A DNA stretch of 64,000 nucleotides from Candidatus Poribacteria bacterium (lineage in GTDB: Bacteria > Poribacteria > WGA-4E > PCPOR2b): NCBI GenBank assembly GCA_965218095.1, contig OZ244587.1, forward strand, positions 4,992,001 to 5,056,000. The letters are read 5' to 3'. Made by a program: the position numbers and the translations under genes. This document shows positions 60,678-64,000 of the stretch, piece by piece. Below the pieces are notes generated by a model. It did not search any database, was not told the origin of the DNA, and was given only the letters and a program-made list of their open reading frames with translations. Within the stretch, counting starts at the first letter, position 1. Every line of letters starts with the position of its first letter.

Positions 60678-61418
60678 ATGACAACAGAAGAAAAATTCCT
60701 ATTCGATCTCCAGGGGTATCTCATTATTAAAAATGTGCTGACTGACAATGAGCTTGACGAATTGAATGCCATCGCGGATGGCGCCTATCCGTATGATGAT
60801 GAAGAATCAGCACGGCGTGAAGCAGCCATTCTGCATTGGGGTGAGCCGTTTAAGAAGCTCATCGACCATCCCCGAATCCTCCCCTACCTTGTCGAGTTAA
60901 TCGGGCTGACGGTCCGACTCGATCACGATTATTGTATCTTCATGCGCAAGGGCGAACGTCGCGGCGGGCTTCACGGCGGGATTGGCGGGGATCACTGGTA
61001 CAACTACCGAAATGGTGTGATGCGCAATGGTTTGAGCGTTATGGCCTATTTCCTGACTGATGTGCCCGATGGTGCTGGCGGATTTGCTTGCGTACCGGGG
61101 AGCCACAAGAGCAATTATTCAGTTTCCGATATCCCGCCGGAAGTGCGGTCCTTTGAGTGCTGCTGCCACTATGTCGTGCAACCTGTGGTCGAAGCCGGCG
61201 ATGTGCTGTTCTTTACCGAAGCCCTTATTCACGGGACGATGCCGTGGCGTGCGAAGACCGAACGACGTGCCTTGCTGTACAAATATAGCCCCGGGTATTC
61301 GTCCTGGGCAGCCAACTGGTACGATTTTAATAAGATTGGCGAACTGACTGAGCAACAGAAGCGCATGATGGCGCCGCCATCGGTACAGAATCACCTGCGT
61401 GTGATTCAGGAGGAATAG
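60678..61418 (+). CDS. PhyH-family Fe(II)/2OG enzyme with HxG motif
   Basis: FDLQGYL, LHGG, GGFACVPGSHK, AGDVLFFTEALIHG motifs. Confidence 0.88.
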   Translation: MTTEEKFLFDLQGYLIIKNVLTDNELDELNAIADGAYPYDDEESARREAAILHWGEPFKKLIDHPRILPYLVELIGLTVRLDHDYCIFMRKGERRGGLHGGIGGDHWYNYRNGVMRNGLSVMAYFLTDVPDGAGGFACVPGSHKSNYSVSDIPPEVRSFECCCHYVVQPVVEAGDVLFFTEALIHGTMPWRAKTERRALLYKYSPGYSSWAANWYDFNKIGELTEQQKRMMAPPSVQNHLRVIQEE

Positions 61419-61781
61419 AGGGCGTAATCGCCGAATGCACATCGATTGATAAGTAATTTGCAAAAAGCTAGTGACATTGAAATTGTTGTCCCTGATAGAC
61501 CAAAAGACAAGTCAGAAGCACAGATAAACATTTCCGCAGCCCTGTGGTTGCCGTTTAGCTGTATCAAAGTGCCAATTGGGAAGTTTAGGATCTATTCAAC
61601 CCAAATTCAACCCGATTTTGGTGCATGGGGAATTTCTATTCTTGACTGAATTGATTTATTGTTTTACAATACCTCAAGGGGTTGGCGCGAACACCTTATC
61701 AACAGAAGATGTGAACTATTCCAAAACCTCTTGGAGGTGTCCAATTGCTAATGCAAACCATAATAATTTTGGAGGTAACAA

Positions 61782-63260
61782 ATGAGTGCCAAGAAAACCT
61801 CGGGAGCTTTGATGATCTCGTTGATTTTTCACGGCGTTGCCTTCTTTATCGCTGGGATATATCTCGTCACCCAAACCCAACAGTTCAAAGATTTAGTGGG
61901 CGCCGAGGTCCTAAAAGCGAAGGATCCCCCCAAACCCCAGGTTATCAAACCGGTTGTCAAACCGGTTGTCAAACCGGTTGTCAAGCCAACGGTTCCAACC
62001 ACGAGTACCGTCGTCGTTGAGCAAGTTCAAGTCCAACCGCGAGTGACGACGGCGGCTGTCGTTCGTCCAGCTGCAGTCCAACCGCAAACTGTGCTTGAAT
62101 TCTCGAATAAAGTTGTTAAGCTGGATGCACCTATCAATCCAAACGTTCCGAAAGTAGTCAACCCCAATGTTCCGGCGCCTCAAGTGGTAACGCACGCTGA
62201 CCTGCCCGTTTCTGATGCGCCCGGCGCGTTGGCATTTTCTGCCCCCGTTGCAACGGCTCCGAGCGCCGCGCCGGCGAACATCGGTCGTGGTATGGGCGGT
62301 CTTGTGCAGGTGAAGGTTGCTTTCGAGCGTCCGGCGGGGCTTGCGATGGTTGAGCATGTAGGAGTGGCTCGCGACGCCTTGGGTGATGTGGTTGAGAACA
62401 TCATGCTGGGTAACGTTGAAGTGCCGCCGCTGCCACGTGGTGAACCGGGCGGTCGAGTTATCGGTAAAGGTCGTGACATTCGAGGTGTATTCCGCTTCAC
62501 GCGCATGCGCCACACTCTTTCTGACTGGTGGGCGGATGCGTCCTCACTGAACGCATTTACCGGGTGGCTGAATGAACGCACGCAGATCAAAACGGACATG
62601 AATGTTGAAGGCGGTGCGCTGAAATTGACCGACACCAACCTGCAGAAATGCCCGTTGGTTTTCATGACAGGCCACGATCCCCATCTGAGGCCACGCCACT
62701 TCGGTGGCGGCGATCGACGAAGAGATACCAGATTTACCGAGGCAGAAGCTGCTGCATTGCGGAGGTATCTCGTTGAAAGGGGCGGGCTGCTCGTCTTTGA
62801 CGACTGCGGTGTGAGCGGAGTGGCCCACGGCATAACCCGCTTGTTCCTCGCTCAGATGCGATATGTGATGCCGGAATATCATGTGATGCGTATTCCCAAC
62901 GACCACGAAGTCTACAATAATTTCTATGAAATGGGTGGACCGCCGATTGGGTTTGATATTTTCTGGCATGCTCCTAGACAGGCCAAGCGGAATTTTCTTG
63001 AAAGTGTTTCCGTTGGCGAAAAACTTTCAGCCATGCTCGTCCGTCGTGACTATATGTGTGCGATGGAGTCGGTCAGTGTGCCAACCCGTTCCGTACATTA
63101 CTCCCCCAGCGTCTATCGTTTCATGACTAATGTTGCGGTCTACGCACTGACACACGGTTCAATTTCAGATTACTCCGGTTATGTGCCAGAAGATCGGATA
63201 GCAAAGCAGAATCTACCGACCAAGGCGCCAGAAACTGCAAAAATCGGGGCGCTTGAGTAA
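61782..63260 (+). CDS. DUF4159-like domain protein with TonB-like membrane anchor and Pro/Val-rich linker
   Basis: SLIFHG TM helix; KPVV repeats; P.VFMTGH...LRRYL..GGLLVFDDC...IP.DH. Confidence 0.75.
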   Translation: MSAKKTSGALMISLIFHGVAFFIAGIYLVTQTQQFKDLVGAEVLKAKDPPKPQVIKPVVKPVVKPVVKPTVPTTSTVVVEQVQVQPRVTTAAVVRPAAVQPQTVLEFSNKVVKLDAPINPNVPKVVNPNVPAPQVVTHADLPVSDAPGALAFSAPVATAPSAAPANIGRGMGGLVQVKVAFERPAGLAMVEHVGVARDALGDVVENIMLGNVEVPPLPRGEPGGRVIGKGRDIRGVFRFTRMRHTLSDWWADASSLNAFTGWLNERTQIKTDMNVEGGALKLTDTNLQKCPLVFMTGHDPHLRPRHFGGGDRRRDTRFTEAEAAALRRYLVERGGLLVFDDCGVSGVAHGITRLFLAQMRYVMPEYHVMRIPNDHEVYNNFYEMGGPPIGFDIFWHAPRQAKRNFLESVSVGEKLSAMLVRRDYMCAMESVSVPTRSVHYSPSVYRFMTNVAVYALTHGSISDYSGYVPEDRIAKQNLPTKAPETAKIGALE

Positions 63261-63417
63261 ATGGCACTGGCTTAAGCGACGAGAGCGGTTTTATCCCCCT
63301 ATCACTGCATTTGGTGGCTTAGTGTTAGACCATCCTTCCGAAGGTGGGAACTGATTCTCTCCTTGACAAGAGAAGTTAGAGGGGGTTAAATGACCAACTT
63401 AAATGAAGGAGGATTGT

Positions 63418-64000
63418 ATGGACACGGCGTGTTTGGATTATTGCCTGACTCAAGAGGAACGTCTCAAATTCGAAAAGAACGGTTTCTTCGCGGTCGAAGA
63501 CGCGCTGCCACCGCAGATGGTCGAGGACCTTTCCGCTGTGGTGGATCGGCTTGACGCCCAATACCGGCCCGAGCAGGGCTTAGACCCTCACGAACGGTTT
63601 AACATAATGGATTTTATCGGAAAGGATGATCTTTTTCTGGAGTTGCTCGATTGGTACAAGACCTTCCCAAAAGTGTGGGGTATTCTGGGATGGCACATCC
63701 AGCTCTACCACACGCACCTGGGGATAACACCGCCTCCGCCCCCCGGCGAGAAGCCGGAGAAGAAGCGGTTGGGGTGGCACCAGGACAGTGGGCGTTTGAA
63801 CATCGATTTGGAAACCAGTCCCCGCCCGAGAATCTCCCTAAAAATCGGTTATTTTCTGACCGACACCACGGAAGAGGGCCGGGGGAATTTCTATGTCATC
63901 CCCGGCAGCCACCTGCAGAACAGGGTGGAGTTTCCCCTCGATGGGGTTTCAAATCCTGAAGGGACGACGGCCGTGAAGGTGCTGCCTGGCACAGCGGTGT
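63418..64000 (+). CDS. PhyH-family dioxygenase (runs off the window end)
   Basis: Manual translation MDTACLDYCLTQEERLKFEKNGFF...WHQDSG...NFYVIPGSH; GGAGG RBS. Confidence 0.88.
   Translation, partial: MDTACLDYCLTQEERLKFEKNGFFAVEDALPPQMVEDLSAVVDRLDAQYRPEQGLDPHERFNIMDFIGKDDLFLELLDWYKTFPKVWGILGWHIQLYHTHLGITPPPPPGEKPEKKRLGWHQDSGRLNIDLETSPRPRISLKIGYFLTDTTEEGRGNFYVIPGSHLQNRVEFPLDGVSNPEGTTAVKVLPGTAV

Noticed and set aside
1-64000. CRISPR array, rRNA or tRNA genes
   Set aside because: No regularly spaced repeat-spacer series, rRNA signature or canonical tRNA cloverleaf was seen by eye.

Overview
A 64-kb bacterial chromosomal window, most likely from Candidatus Poribacteria or a related sponge-associated lineage. 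This assignment is inferred from secreted proteins ending in NYPNPF(NPETWIPY) FlgD/T9SS-A-like domains, dockerin/cohesin modules, and many PhyH dioxygenases, BNR/sialidase and Gfo/Idh/MocA genes. Contents: (1) a giant Ig-repeat surface protein followed by PorV-like and LysM genes; (2) housekeeping genes (CDP-alcohol phosphatidyltransferase, PncA-like, HDAC-like, a eukaryote-like type 1 IDI, ppk2, AcoX-like kinase, queF); (3) a ~22-kb catabolic patchwork at 18-41 kb with many gene fragments; (4) a split cohesin/dockerin surface-protein gene; (5) an ECF sigma, anti-sigma and 1557-aa TPR operon; (6) two IS3 remnants flanking an AT-rich, frameshifted TPR-PD-(D/E)xK-Zn-finger gene; (7) a PhyH cluster. 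No rRNA, tRNA or CRISPR array was seen. The best leads are a ~300-nt highly structured, probably pseudoknotted ncRNA candidate with its own promoter (59.2-59.5 kb), a second ~205-nt structured element (55.2-55.4 kb) next to a copy of the same ~42-bp motif, a tandem Hfq-like protein, an HxG (halogenase-type) Fe/2OG enzyme, palindromic elements inserted in-frame in genes, and many 12-27-bp tandem duplications, two of which break genes. All structure and family calls were made by eye and need computational confirmation.
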